A stretch of 64,000 bases of DNA from Macrostomum lignano (taxonomy: Eukaryota): the NCBI GenBank assembly GCA_002269645.1, contig NIVC01000087.1, positions 62,001 through 126,000 of the forward strand, written 5' to 3'. The notes under the pieces are model-generated. The model did no database searches, was not told where the DNA came from, and was given only the letters and a program-made list of their open reading frames with translations. The translations under genes were made by a program, and so were the position numbers. Below are positions 53,501 to 62,700 of the stretch, one piece after another. The number at the start of each line of letters is the position of its first letter. Within the stretch, counting starts at the first letter, position 1.

Positions 53501-56491
53501 TTTGTCCTTAAACAGTTCACACTTACTAGGTTTGATTTTTAAATTTGCTTTTTGCAACCTCCACAGCACTAGCGCTAAATTAACAATCATCTGATCATTA
53601 TCCCTTGCTTTCACAATGACGTCATCCAAGTAAATCAAGCTGACCTTAAGCAGCAGGGGTTGGAAGACCCGGTGCATCAACCGCGCAAAAGTTGCCGGGG
53701 CGGTCTTGATGCCGAACGGGACGACCTTCCACCTGAAGGTGCCTTGTGGGCAAGAAAAAGCAGTGAGGTCCCTGTCTTGCTCACGGATCCCGACTTGCCA
53801 GTAGGCGGATGTTAGGTCAAGACTGGAAAAGACCTGTGCCCCCGACAAGCTGTCAAACGACTCGTCAACCAGTGGTAGCGGGAAGCTACAAGGTTTGATC
53901 ACTTTATTGGTCTGTCGATAATCAACGCAAAGCCTTTGACTCCCATCTTTTTTCCGCACCAACACGATTGGGGACGACCACTCGGAGTCACATTCTTCTA
54001 TTACGCCACAATCCAGCAACTTGGAGATGTGCTTGTCCAGGAACTCCTTCTGTGCCGGTGTGGTCCTCCGAGAGGGCTGAAATACCGGTCGACAGGTCTG
54101 GTCTTTTAGCTCAATTGACATCTCTGTCAGCGACGTCTTTCCTAGATCGGTGTCGGACTTTGAAATTTGATTATGGAAGAAATTTAGCAACTTTATAGTT
54201 GTTGTCAGTTGTTGGGTTGTCAGATTTGATTTTCCCAGGCGAAACTCCCCTTTGAGCCACTCTGCAGTAGCTTTATCCGGGTAAGGCAATTTTTCTAACT
54301 GTTTTCCCAACCTTTCAGCGTTATTGATCGAAAAATCACGCTCATGTAGCCGAGTGTGAGTGACAACCTCATCAGCGCCTACATCCTGAAAAGAGGCCAC
54401 TTCTTGCCCCCTTTTTATTGATATTGTCTGATCTTCACTGTTAAGCAAACGGACCAGGACATGGCGGCCTGTACTAACACTGTCTAGGGACCTGGCCACC
54501 AGACATTCCCCATCTCCACGGAAAAGGCGCGGTCCAAGGACTCCTTGAGCCCCTGGGACCGCTTCAGCGACACGACTTGGGACAATAGCTTCCGATCGGG
54601 GGGCCATTTCTAGGTCACACGCTGATGTCACCCGCCTGACGCGGTAGAGACTACTGTCACCCTCAATGATCGGAATGGCCTCTCCATCCACTGTAGCTTT
54701 ACCATCGGCAATTAAGAGGTTGACCCTGAAGCTCTTGAGAAAGTCGAGACCGAGCAAGACATCAGACAGTCTTGTTTCCATGACTAAAAAGACTTGTGTC
54801 CTGGTCAGCTTTCCCAATGAAACCTCGCAACGCAAAGTGCCTAAGATTTCAGTTGACGTACCATTGAAAGCGGTAGCTGCGCGTCGCTGTGTGGACGGCT
54901 TGAAGACGTTGTTAATGGGATCAGCCTCGACTAGCTGATCCTTTACTCGGACTCCCATGACACTAGCGTTGGCACCAGAGTCTAGGCAGGCAATGATTCG
55001 ACTCTCACCGACATCCAGTTGCACGAAATAACTCGAATCGGTCTGGAACTCCGTGTCTTGCGCAGCGGACTGCTCACAATTCGGGGGCGAAGCCAACTCG
55101 CAGACGTCTAAGGCCCGATCACTAGGTTTTGCACTGTCGGCCACCCGACGAAACCTGACCCGGAGACCAACAATTTGATGGGGTGCCGCTCTGCCCCGAA
55201 GCTCTTGATCAAGCTGCGAGACATGCACAAAAAGATTGTCTCCCATCAGCGCTGACCGAATGAACCCATGTGACTGAAACCACTGGGTGATGACCCCGGT
55301 CTCCACTAGTTCAGCTCTTTGCTTCCCTGGCTCTCTTCCAGAGCGACCCCTGTGATTTAGCGGTGGTGGATGAGGGCAATCTGCGACCAGATGATCTGTT
55401 AACCCGCATCGATAGCATGCTCTAGGCGGTCGGCTGCTAAACTGAGCTCCCTTGCCATATGCCAATTGATGGGGCGGCGATGATTGTGTAACTCGAGTCT
55501 GCTTTGGATTGCCTACCCCGCTAACCACTGGCACTTCATTTTGAGACGCCCTGACTGATGTTTGGTTAGACTGCTCCACCAGTAGTTTTTCCAGTTCTTT
55601 AACCCTTGCTTCAAGCTCCGCAGTCTTGTCTGAACCCACAGAACGGACTTTAGCCAGCGCCGACTGCCCAGGGTTCAAGAGCTGTCGGACACCTGTAATC
55701 TCCCTGGCCTTCTTGGCCAGGTCAACAGAGGATAGCGAAGGATCTTCCCGACTGGCCAGCAGCAGCTTTTCGGCCAAGCTTCTATCTAGCAGCCCATGGC
55801 AGAACCGGGCCCGCACCAGTGGCTCAGACTCTTTGAGAGACAAGTTAGCAGCATGTGAAAGTCTTATTAGTCGATCAAAGTATTCTTGGACATCTTCAGC
55901 ATCATGTTGCTGAGCACTTGCTAGTTCCAGATAACTTTTGTCCTTCTCCGAAACATCCGTGTAGCGCAGGTCCAATGCTTTTAGTGCGACCTCAGCATCT
56001 TGCTTATGCAACTGGTTGTGAAAGCAATACTCCTGGCATTCAGGCGATAAAAGGGACAGCAAAATGGCTGACTGCTGCTCCTTGGGAATTTTGTGCGCCT
56101 CCACGTAAGTGCGAAATTGCGTTTGCCACAAGTCGAATCTCATTTTCGGCATGTAGGGTTGTGGGGGTCGGAGGCGGACATTACCACTGCCCTCAGACGC
56201 TCTTGGTGAGGTCGATGGTGCCGTTGGATTTGATGCACGATTTAAGCTATTGGCCAATACCTGGGAGAAGCTTTCTAAGAAATTCTGCATAGTAGCGGGG
56301 AGCAACGCTGCTTCAGCCGAACCAACAGCAGCTGATGCTCCATTTTCAGATTCATGAGCATTAGCTCCACCAGCAGCTGATGCTCCATTTTCAGATTCTT
56401 GAGCATTTGCTCCACCAGCATCATTATTAACAGAGCCACCATCTTCAAGACCAGCCACATTGGCTACCACTCCATCCTCGTTATTAGACAT
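50522..56491 (-). CDS. Gag-Pol polyprotein (Gag, CCHC knuckle, putative cold-shock domain, protease, RT, RNase H, integrase), 1989 aa
   Basis: CYRCGLTDHLVADC; CLDSGA; LCVDYR; YLDDVIV; LDCDSS; HQALNHSG..CETC; HVDHAGPF, SDNG, NGKVER. Confidence 0.97.
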   Translation of the reverse strand: MSNNEDGVVANVAGLEDGGSVNNDAGGANAQESENGASAAGGANAHESENGASAAVGSAEAALLPATMQNFLESFSQVLANSLNRASNPTAPSTSPRASEGSGNVRLRPPQPYMPKMRFDLWQTQFRTYVEAHKIPKEQQSAILLSLLSPECQEYCFHNQLHKQDAEVALKALDLRYTDVSEKDKSYLELASAQQHDAEDVQEYFDRLIRLSHAANLSLKESEPLVRARFCHGLLDRSLAEKLLLASREDPSLSSVDLAKKAREITGVRQLLNPGQSALAKVRSVGSDKTAELEARVKELEKLLVEQSNQTSVRASQNEVPVVSGVGNPKQTRVTQSSPPHQLAYGKGAQFSSRPPRACYRCGLTDHLVADCPHPPPLNHRGRSGREPGKQRAELVETGVITQWFQSHGFIRSALMGDNLFVHVSQLDQELRGRAAPHQIVGLRVRFRRVADSAKPSDRALDVCELASPPNCEQSAAQDTEFQTDSSYFVQLDVGESRIIACLDSGANASVMGVRVKDQLVEADPINNVFKPSTQRRAATAFNGTSTEILGTLRCEVSLGKLTRTQVFLVMETRLSDVLLGLDFLKSFRVNLLIADGKATVDGEAIPIIEGDSSLYRVRRVTSACDLEMAPRSEAIVPSRVAEAVPGAQGVLGPRLFRGDGECLVARSLDSVSTGRHVLVRLLNSEDQTISIKRGQEVASFQDVGADEVVTHTRLHERDFSINNAERLGKQLEKLPYPDKATAEWLKGEFRLGKSNLTTQQLTTTIKLLNFFHNQISKSDTDLGKTSLTEMSIELKDQTCRPVFQPSRRTTPAQKEFLDKHISKLLDCGVIEECDSEWSSPIVLVRKKDGSQRLCVDYRQTNKVIKPCSFPLPLVDESFDSLSGAQVFSSLDLTSAYWQVGIREQDRDLTAFSCPQGTFRWKVVPFGIKTAPATFARLMHRVFQPLLLKVSLIYLDDVIVKARDNDQMIVNLALVLWRLQKANLKIKPSKCELFKDKVRFLGFVVSGQGIEADPEKTDAVRDWPTPSNQKQLLSFLGFCNYYRKFVPRFSVIAAPLYSLARGAEKFAWQEKHQKAFTELKSSLCSPPVLAYPDFSPNAGSFILDCDSSLEGVGAVLSQQGADGQENVISYASKKFTAAQRNYCATMRELLGVVIMLENFRVYLLDHPFIVRTDAAALKWLHAKRHATGMLAQWLATIEAYDFKIDQTPLERLGEYDFEVKHRAGQEHSNADFLSRNPKFRADHYDCPTCSHIPEFKEKFIGNAKSASVVVRAARGKKIQTRTVAIQTESNENCDLTPDHKEAEAQTPQQLEALSGNTDQKQTETELPTPAETPAIRAVGHPIRSEAGSNSESDEEWSDQQEENWARQAQESSIDIMRLVEAVKNERKPSSEELQSCSREVRILYSNFERLTLNEGLLYLQKPSKKGRPSRSVLVVPETANVDEVVLNYHQALNHSGVTKTTKALKNRFKITALTTHVTGIISECETCARTKKNKKKNKEPMQPTLAGYPGQVVHVDHAGPFSEQDGNRYLLVLIDRFTSWVEIIPVPDTTAETTAQTILTEWVVRYGAMEAIVSDNGTAFINHVLEELTSLLEIGKVRIVARRPQANGKVERAIQTIKSQIRAVCQDRECNWPLAARLVGMSVRASEAESTGFTPARLFLGRELVFPLDLIYGSPAQDQFQPNRFAHKLYHELVSVSTLARQIRGKAQQRQKRYYDRGTHHSVFKEGELVWVLNPDHKGLDTAVWLGPYKIIEKISDRNYRLVPESDTGMPNPRHNVYNIDRLKRCVRKPAYVDLIDKFGQASAPGETRSSNPAQQPSTDRSVSTVCVQRRSLDRDWEESEEGSSIPASSRRNPASEEPPAHSAQGATSGTTASRVSGSVAVTVGGESRRELGQDTEEVKQQVSRTDSSHSRPESDQLPSEELGDLKLEPQSDNSPATTVTESVSSQTSQSVAARPPITTRSGRVVRRPARFLAAFIDRCSRKGSTGSG

Positions 56492-57237
56492 TCCAGAGCC
56501 TAATCACCTCGCCAAGCCGAGTTTTTTGCACCAGCAATGATCGGGACGACCAACCGAACAGGTGCAAGCAGGAAAAGAAGCAAAGGGGAAAGCAACCCAG
56601 ACAGCAGTTGGCGGGATCTAATCTAACCCTGACACAGACACAAACGCTATCTAAACCCGTCAACCTGGGACTACCTCCTATTTTTAAACAGGCAAACAGA
56701 CTCACCACACGCACACAGATTGGCTGACCGCTGGTGTGTAGTCGCAGTTGTCCGGCCAGTTAGACGTAACCAGCAGTTCGTTCCAAGCTGTTGCTAACAC
56801 GCAGAAGCAGCTCTGTTGACGCGCCAAGGGTCAATTGGGACTGGTGTAGGCCGAGGCTGGCAGCTGTGGCCAATTACTGTTGAGCTAGGCAGAGTGCAGG
56901 CCGCGTAGATTAATTGTCCTTGGGGTGGGTTGGCTGCGCTTGCACTGGATCCACTCGCGTTAAAGGACAGTGTAGGCTGACTAAGATTGCACTGATTCCG
57001 TTGGGCACAATTATTTTCGGCGCTCGGAGTAGCCAATTAGCCACAGAATGCGATAAGCAATGTACAGCTTGGTTGGTCTTGTGTTGCAATTGTACACGCT
57101 GGCTGGCTGGCTAGGGTTATGACTCACGATAAGAATTTTATGACAATTCCAATATTCACTTCTTGGCTGCCGCCTGGATAGCCCGGGCTTGTTGTTGACT
57201 TGTTTGGTGTTCAAACCGAACGGTAAGTAGCAGCCCG

Positions 57238-57254
57238 TCTCGGTGGGACCTCCA
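57238..57254 (-). promoter_or_regulatory. Primer binding site complementary to the tRNA-Gln 3' end
   Basis: TGGAGGTCCCACCGAGA is complementary to ...TCTCGGTGGGACCTCCA. Confidence 0.85.
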
Positions 57255-57260
57255 AAATTA

Positions 57261-57784
57261 TGTGACGATATCTGGTCCGAGTTCGCGTGCTGACGGGCTG
57301 CTATTAAAGTAGTGAGTAAACACACAGTTAGTGGTGACGATAACTGACGGCGCCGATAATTCGATTACGGATTATGTATATTTGCAGGTTACACATGTAG
57401 TGGTTATTGCTGATGCTAACTGGTAACGAACAATTGCAGTGTCAATGGAATGGCTTCGAAGATGACCTTAGTGGGTAACACTACTAAATTGAGAGCGATC
57501 TTGAACTACTGTTTTTTTTAGTGTTTACTAAAATCAATCAGCGTTTACTAAAATCAAATTACTGGCGATAGGAACAGCAGCCGCACACCACGCTCAGTCT
57601 TCTCCGAAGCCACAGAATTCAAAATGTTAAATATAACTATTTAATGCAGTAAAACAAAGCATTGCTTACTATTTTCAATAAACATAAAAGTGAAACCAAT
57701 TGATATAAATAAAGTACATATTAAATACTTTTTAGTAGATATTAATCGACGAACTGGGAGAATAAAAGAACCACCAACGTCACA
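57261..57784 (-). repeat. 5' LTR of Gypsy copy 1
   Basis: Direct repeat of 49180-49703. Confidence 0.95.
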
Positions 57785-57788
57785 CCGC

Positions 57789-58503
57789 GAACCAAAGGTT
57801 CGATGTCTATAAAGATATGGAAAAAATTAAGGATACATTGGACACATCAGACTATCCGGATAACCATCCCTTAAAATCGAATCAAAATAAGAAAGTTGTA
57901 CTTAAAATGAAAGATGAATTAAATAGCAAAATCATAACTGAGTTTATAGCAATAAGATCAAAATGCTATGCATTTAAAGTTTTAGGACAGGAGGGAGAGG
58001 TAAAAAAAATAAAAGGGGTATCAAGGGCAGCAGTTAAAAAGATAACATTTGATGATTATAAAAACGTACTTTTAGATTACCTTAATACAATTGAAAATTA
58101 TCATGCTCCACAATATCGATTAAATTCAGATAAGCATCAGATGTTTGTCATCGAGACAGATAAAAAAACATTAAGTCCATTTGATGATAAAAGATATTTA
58201 GATGATAAAATTAAAACATATCCATATGGTTTAAAAGATGAGATAAAAAATATGATAAAAGATAAAAAACAAAAAGAAGATATAATAAGCAAATATAATG
58301 AATACAAAGAGGCAATAAATAATTATTATTACGATTGTGATTGTGAATCCGAATGTGAATGTGAATATAATACATTTCTAGAATATGAAAAAGATGTAGA
58401 TAATTATTATGCAACATTTCCAAAAGAACTTAAAAAATTAAACAAGGAAAAAGTCTTGGATAACTGGAAGAGATTAACAGAAAAATTACTTGTAAAAAAC
58501 TAA
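57789..58503 (+). pseudogene. polB: pPolB C-terminal part (thumb), continuing the 48998-49179 fragment
   Basis: DVYKDM..DTSDYP..HP...NKKV.LKMKDE...EFIAIRSKCYA..KIKGV..KKTLSPFDDKRY...TYPYG. Confidence 0.92.
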
Positions 58504-58547
58504 AGCATGTAATTGTTTAAGCATAATATCCATTTCAATTTCATATT

Positions 58548-58892
58548 TTATAGAACACCAATTATCCTCACAGTCGGCAGGATCGGTCGAAGACCGCGAC
58601 CCTTCGGGCGGTAACTTAAACATTCTTTTACTTTTTTCCTAAGTACTTTTATTCGTCTAATCAATCTATCTATTTCGTTTTCAATTACTGTTTCAGCATA
58701 AGCAATCGCAGCTTTTATAAAACGCTTTCTTTTTTCCAACTCGTATCGGATGGGAAACATATCATCCCCATAATCACTATATTTCTGAGATATAATTATA
58801 TTTATTTTTTTATTAATATCTTTAATTTCACGCTCTTTAGTGATAAGGATTTTTATTGTCTCCATTTTCTTATAAAAAAATTTAGTCATCAT
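58548..58892 (-). CDS. Polinton orphan ORF (114 aa)
   Basis: ORF track; AT-rich viral-like codon usage. Confidence 0.5.
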   Translation of the reverse strand: MMTKFFYKKMETIKILITKEREIKDINKKINIIISQKYSDYGDDMFPIRYELEKRKRFIKAAIAYAETVIENEIDRLIRRIKVLRKKVKECLSYRPKGRGLRPILPTVRIIGVL

Positions 58893-59214
58893 CGCCAGCC
58901 TCCCAAACAGAAGCCAATTTTACAGTCCGGTCACTCTTTTTATTATTTGTTTGTTTTAGTTTAAATTGCAATCCACCCTCGGTGCTGTATTTTATAATGA
59001 ACGCTTTAGGTTTATTAATAACTAAAACTGGAAAATTTTTAACATCATTCCCACTTAGACATAGTATTATTTGCCCATCTAATTGTAAAAATATCGATTG
59101 AAGTCCAATAAATTTAACCTGTCTCAAACATATAATATTATATTCTTTATTCTCCAACATATTGGGTGTGAGATAATTAATCACATTAGAATCGGTTTTG
59201 AACCAGCTCTCCAT
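58882..59214 (-). CDS. Polinton orphan ORF (110 aa)
   Basis: ORF track; abuts or overlaps the next ORF. Confidence 0.55.
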   Translation of the reverse strand: MESWFKTDSNVINYLTPNMLENKEYNIICLRQVKFIGLQSIFLQLDGQIILCLSGNDVKNFPVLVINKPKAFIIKYSTEGGLQFKLKQTNNKKSDRTVKLASVWEAGDDD

Positions 59215-59240
59215 TTTTAATCTAAAAAAATAACAAAAAA

Positions 59241-59762
59241 ATGAAAGACATTTATGAATGTAATAAATGTAATGTGACTATGCATAGAGCTCAAACAGCA
59301 AACGGAGATATATATCATATGTGTTATTCATGTTCTAAAATATATCAATTTGAAAAAACAAAAAAGATTGAAAACTCATATTACTATTTTAAAAACACAA
59401 TTTTAAGAAATCTTACAAGAGACATATCTGATCCAATTTTAATTCCCGGAAATAATGTTTATTTATATAACAACTTTTCCCATTTAAATAAAGGAAAGGG
59501 ATTAAGTTCGAAAGACGCTGAAAGGATTTTAATTTTAGTTGGATATTATTTTAATTTTCTTATGCGAGAGAATACAAAGTTTATAAGGATAGGTAACATA
59601 CCTAACGAAATGTTACTGAAAAAGTCATTGGAATTTTTATGTATTGATAAAAAATTTAAACCTAGGATCACAAGAGAATTACCACTTTGGGAAGAATATA
59701 TAACATATGCATTAGAAAAACTGTACTTTGTACACATGCTTTGCATGATTAAACAACATTAA
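59241..59762 (+). CDS. Polinton orphan ORF with an N-terminal Zn ribbon (173 aa)
   Basis: CNKC..x14..CYSC. Confidence 0.55.
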   Translation: MKDIYECNKCNVTMHRAQTANGDIYHMCYSCSKIYQFEKTKKIENSYYYFKNTILRNLTRDISDPILIPGNNVYLYNNFSHLNKGKGLSSKDAERILILVGYYFNFLMRENTKFIRIGNIPNEMLLKKSLEFLCIDKKFKPRITRELPLWEEYITYALEKLYFVHMLCMIKQH

Positions 59763-59796
59763 GTTCTACAGTGCTACCTGACCGAACCGAAGGTTC

Positions 59797-62700
59797 TGTG
59801 ACGTTGGTGGTTATTTTATTCTCCCAGTTCGTCGATTAATATCTACTAAAAAGTATTTAATATGTACTTTATTTATATCAATTGGTTTCACTTTTATGTT
59901 TATTGAAAATAGTAAGCAATGCTTTGTTTTACTGCATTAAATAGTTATATTTAACATTTTGAATTCTGTGGCTTCGGAGAAGACTGAGCGTGGTGGGCGG
60001 CTGCTGTTCCTATCGCCAGTCATTTGATTTTAGTAAACACTGATTGATTTTAGTAAACACTGATTGATTTTAGTAAACACTGAAAAAAACAGTAGTTCAA
60101 GATCGCTCTCAATTTAGTAGTGTGACCCACTAAGGTCATCTTCGAAGCCATTCCATTGACACTGCAATTGTTCGTTACCAGTTAGCATCAGCAATAACCA
60201 CTACATGTGTAACCTGCAAATATACATAATCCGTAATCGAATTATCGGCGCCGTCAGTTATCGTCACCACTAACTGTGTGTTTACTCACTACTTTAATAG
60301 CAGCCCGTCAGCACGCGAACTCGGACCAGATATCGTCACATAATTTTTGGAGGTCCCACCGAGACGGGCTGCTACTTACCGTTCGGTTTGAACACCAAAC
60401 AAGTCAACAACAAGCCCGGGCTATCCAGGCGGCAGCCAAGAAGTGAATATTGGAATTGTCATAAAATTCTTATCGTGAGTCATAACCCTAGCCCAGCCAG
60501 CCAGCGTGTACAATTGCAACACAAGCCCAACCAAGCTGTACATTGCTTATCGCATTCTGTGGCTAATTGGCTACTCCGAGCGCCGCAAATAATTGTGCCC
60601 AACGGAATCAGTGCAATCTTAGTCAGCCTACACTGTCCTTTAACGCGAGTGGATCCAGTGCAAGCGCAGCCAACCCACCCCAAGGACAATTAATCTACGC
60701 GGCCTGCACTCTGCCTAGCTCAACAGTAATTGGCCACAGCTGCCAGCCTCGGCCTACACCAGTCCCAATTGACCCTTGGCGCGTCAACAGAGCTGCTTCT
60801 GCGTGTTAGCAACAGCTTGGAACGAACTGCTGGTTACGTCTAACTGGCCGGACAACTGCGACTACACACCAGCGGTCAGCCAATCTGTGTGCGTGTGGTG
60901 AGTCTGTTTGCCTGTTTAAAAATAGGAGGTAGTCCCAGGTTGACGGGTTTAGATAGCGTTTGTGTCTGTGTCAGGGTTAGATTAGATCCCGCCAACTGCT
61001 GTCTGGGTTGCTTTCCCCTTTGCTTCTTTTCCTGCTTGCACCTGTTCGGTTGGTCGTCCCGATCATTGCTGGTGCAAAAAACTCGGCTTGGCGAGGTGAT
61101 TAGGCTCTGGAATGTCTAATAACGAGGATGGAGTGGTAGCCAATGTGGCTGGTCTTGAAGAAGGTGGCTCTGTTAATAATGATGCTGGTGGAGCAAATGC
61201 TCAAGAATCTGAAAATGGAGCATCAGCTGCTGGTGGAGCTAATGCTCATGAATCTGAAAATGGAGCATCAGCTGCTGTTGGTTCGGCTGAAGCAGCGTTG
61301 CTCCCCGCTACTATGCAGAATTTCTTAGAAAGCTTCTCCCAGGTATTGGCCAATAGCTTAAATCGTGCATCAAATCCAACGGCACCATCGACCTCACCAA
61401 GAGCGTCTGAGGGCAGTGGTAATGTCCGCCTCCGACCCCCACAACCCTACATGCCGAAAATGAGATTCGACTTGTGGCAAACGCAATTTCGCACTTACGT
61501 GGAGGCGCACAAAATTCCCAAGGAGCAGCAGTCAGCCATTTTGCTGTCCCTTTTATCGCCTGAATGCCAGGAGTATTGCTTTCACAACCAGTTGCATAAG
61601 CAAGATGCTGAGGTCGCACTAAAAGCATTGGACCTGCGCTACACGGATGTTTCGGAGAAGGACAAAAGTTATCTGGAACTAGCAAGTGCTCAGCAGCATG
61701 ATGCTGAAGATGTCCAAGAATACTTTGATCGACTAATAAGACTTTCACATGCTGCTAACTTGTCTCTCAAAGAGTCTGAGCCACTGGTCCGGGCCCGGTT
61801 CTGCCATGGGCTGCTAGATAGAAGCTTGGCCGAAAAGCTGCTGCTGGCCAGTCGGGAAGATCCTTCGCTATCCTCTGTTGACCTGGCCAAGAAGGCCAGG
61901 GAGATTACAGGTGTCCGACAGCTCTTGAACCCTGGGCAGTCGGCGCTGGCTAAAGTCCGTTCTGTGGGTCCAGACAAGACTGCGGAGCTTGAAGCAAGGG
62001 TTAAAGAACTGGAAAAACTACTGGTGGAGCAGTCTAACCAAACATCAGTCAGGGCGTTTCAAAATGAAGTGCCAGTGGTTAGCGGGGTAGGCAATCCAAA
62101 GCAGACTCGAGTTGCACAATCAGCGCCGCCCCATCAATTGGCATATGGCAAGGGAGCTCAGTTTAGCAGCCGACCGCCTAGAGCATGCTATCGATGCGGG
62201 TTAACAGATCATCTGGTCGCAGATTGCCCTCATCCACCACCGCTAAATCACAGGGGTCGCTCTGGAAGAGAGCCAGGGAAGCAAAGAGCTGAACTAGTGG
62301 AGACCGGGGTCATCACCCAGTGGTTTCAGTCACATGGGTTCATTCGGTCAGCGCTGATGGGAGACAATCTTTTTGTGCATGTCTCGCAGCTTGATCAAGA
62401 GCTTCGGGGCAGAGCGGCACCCCATCAAATTGTTGGTCTCCGGGTCAGGTTTCGTCGGGTGGCCGACAGTGCAAAACCTAGTGATCGGGCCTTAGACGTC
62501 TGCGAGTTGGCTTCGCCCCCTAATTGTGAGCAGTCCGCTGCGCAAGACACGGAGTTCCAGACCGATTCGAGTTATTTCGTGCAACTGGATGTCGGTGAGA
62601 GTCGAATCATTGCCTGCCTAGACTCTGGTGCCAACGCTAGTGTCATGGGAGTCCGAGTAAAGGATCAGCTAGTCGAGGCTGATCCCATTAACAACGTCTT

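Larger units (their letters stand above)
49180..57784 (-). mobile_element. Full-length Ty3/Gypsy LTR retrotransposon (copy 1)
   Basis: 524-bp TG...CA LTRs (49180-49703, 57261-57784) that look identical; CCGC 4-bp TSD; PBS; PPT; intact ORF. Confidence 0.97.

Noticed and set aside
50027-56714. Small antisense or alternate-frame ORFs within the Gypsy elements
   Set aside because: Shadows of the gag-pol ORF or UTR repeats with no independent motifs; no env-like ORF found
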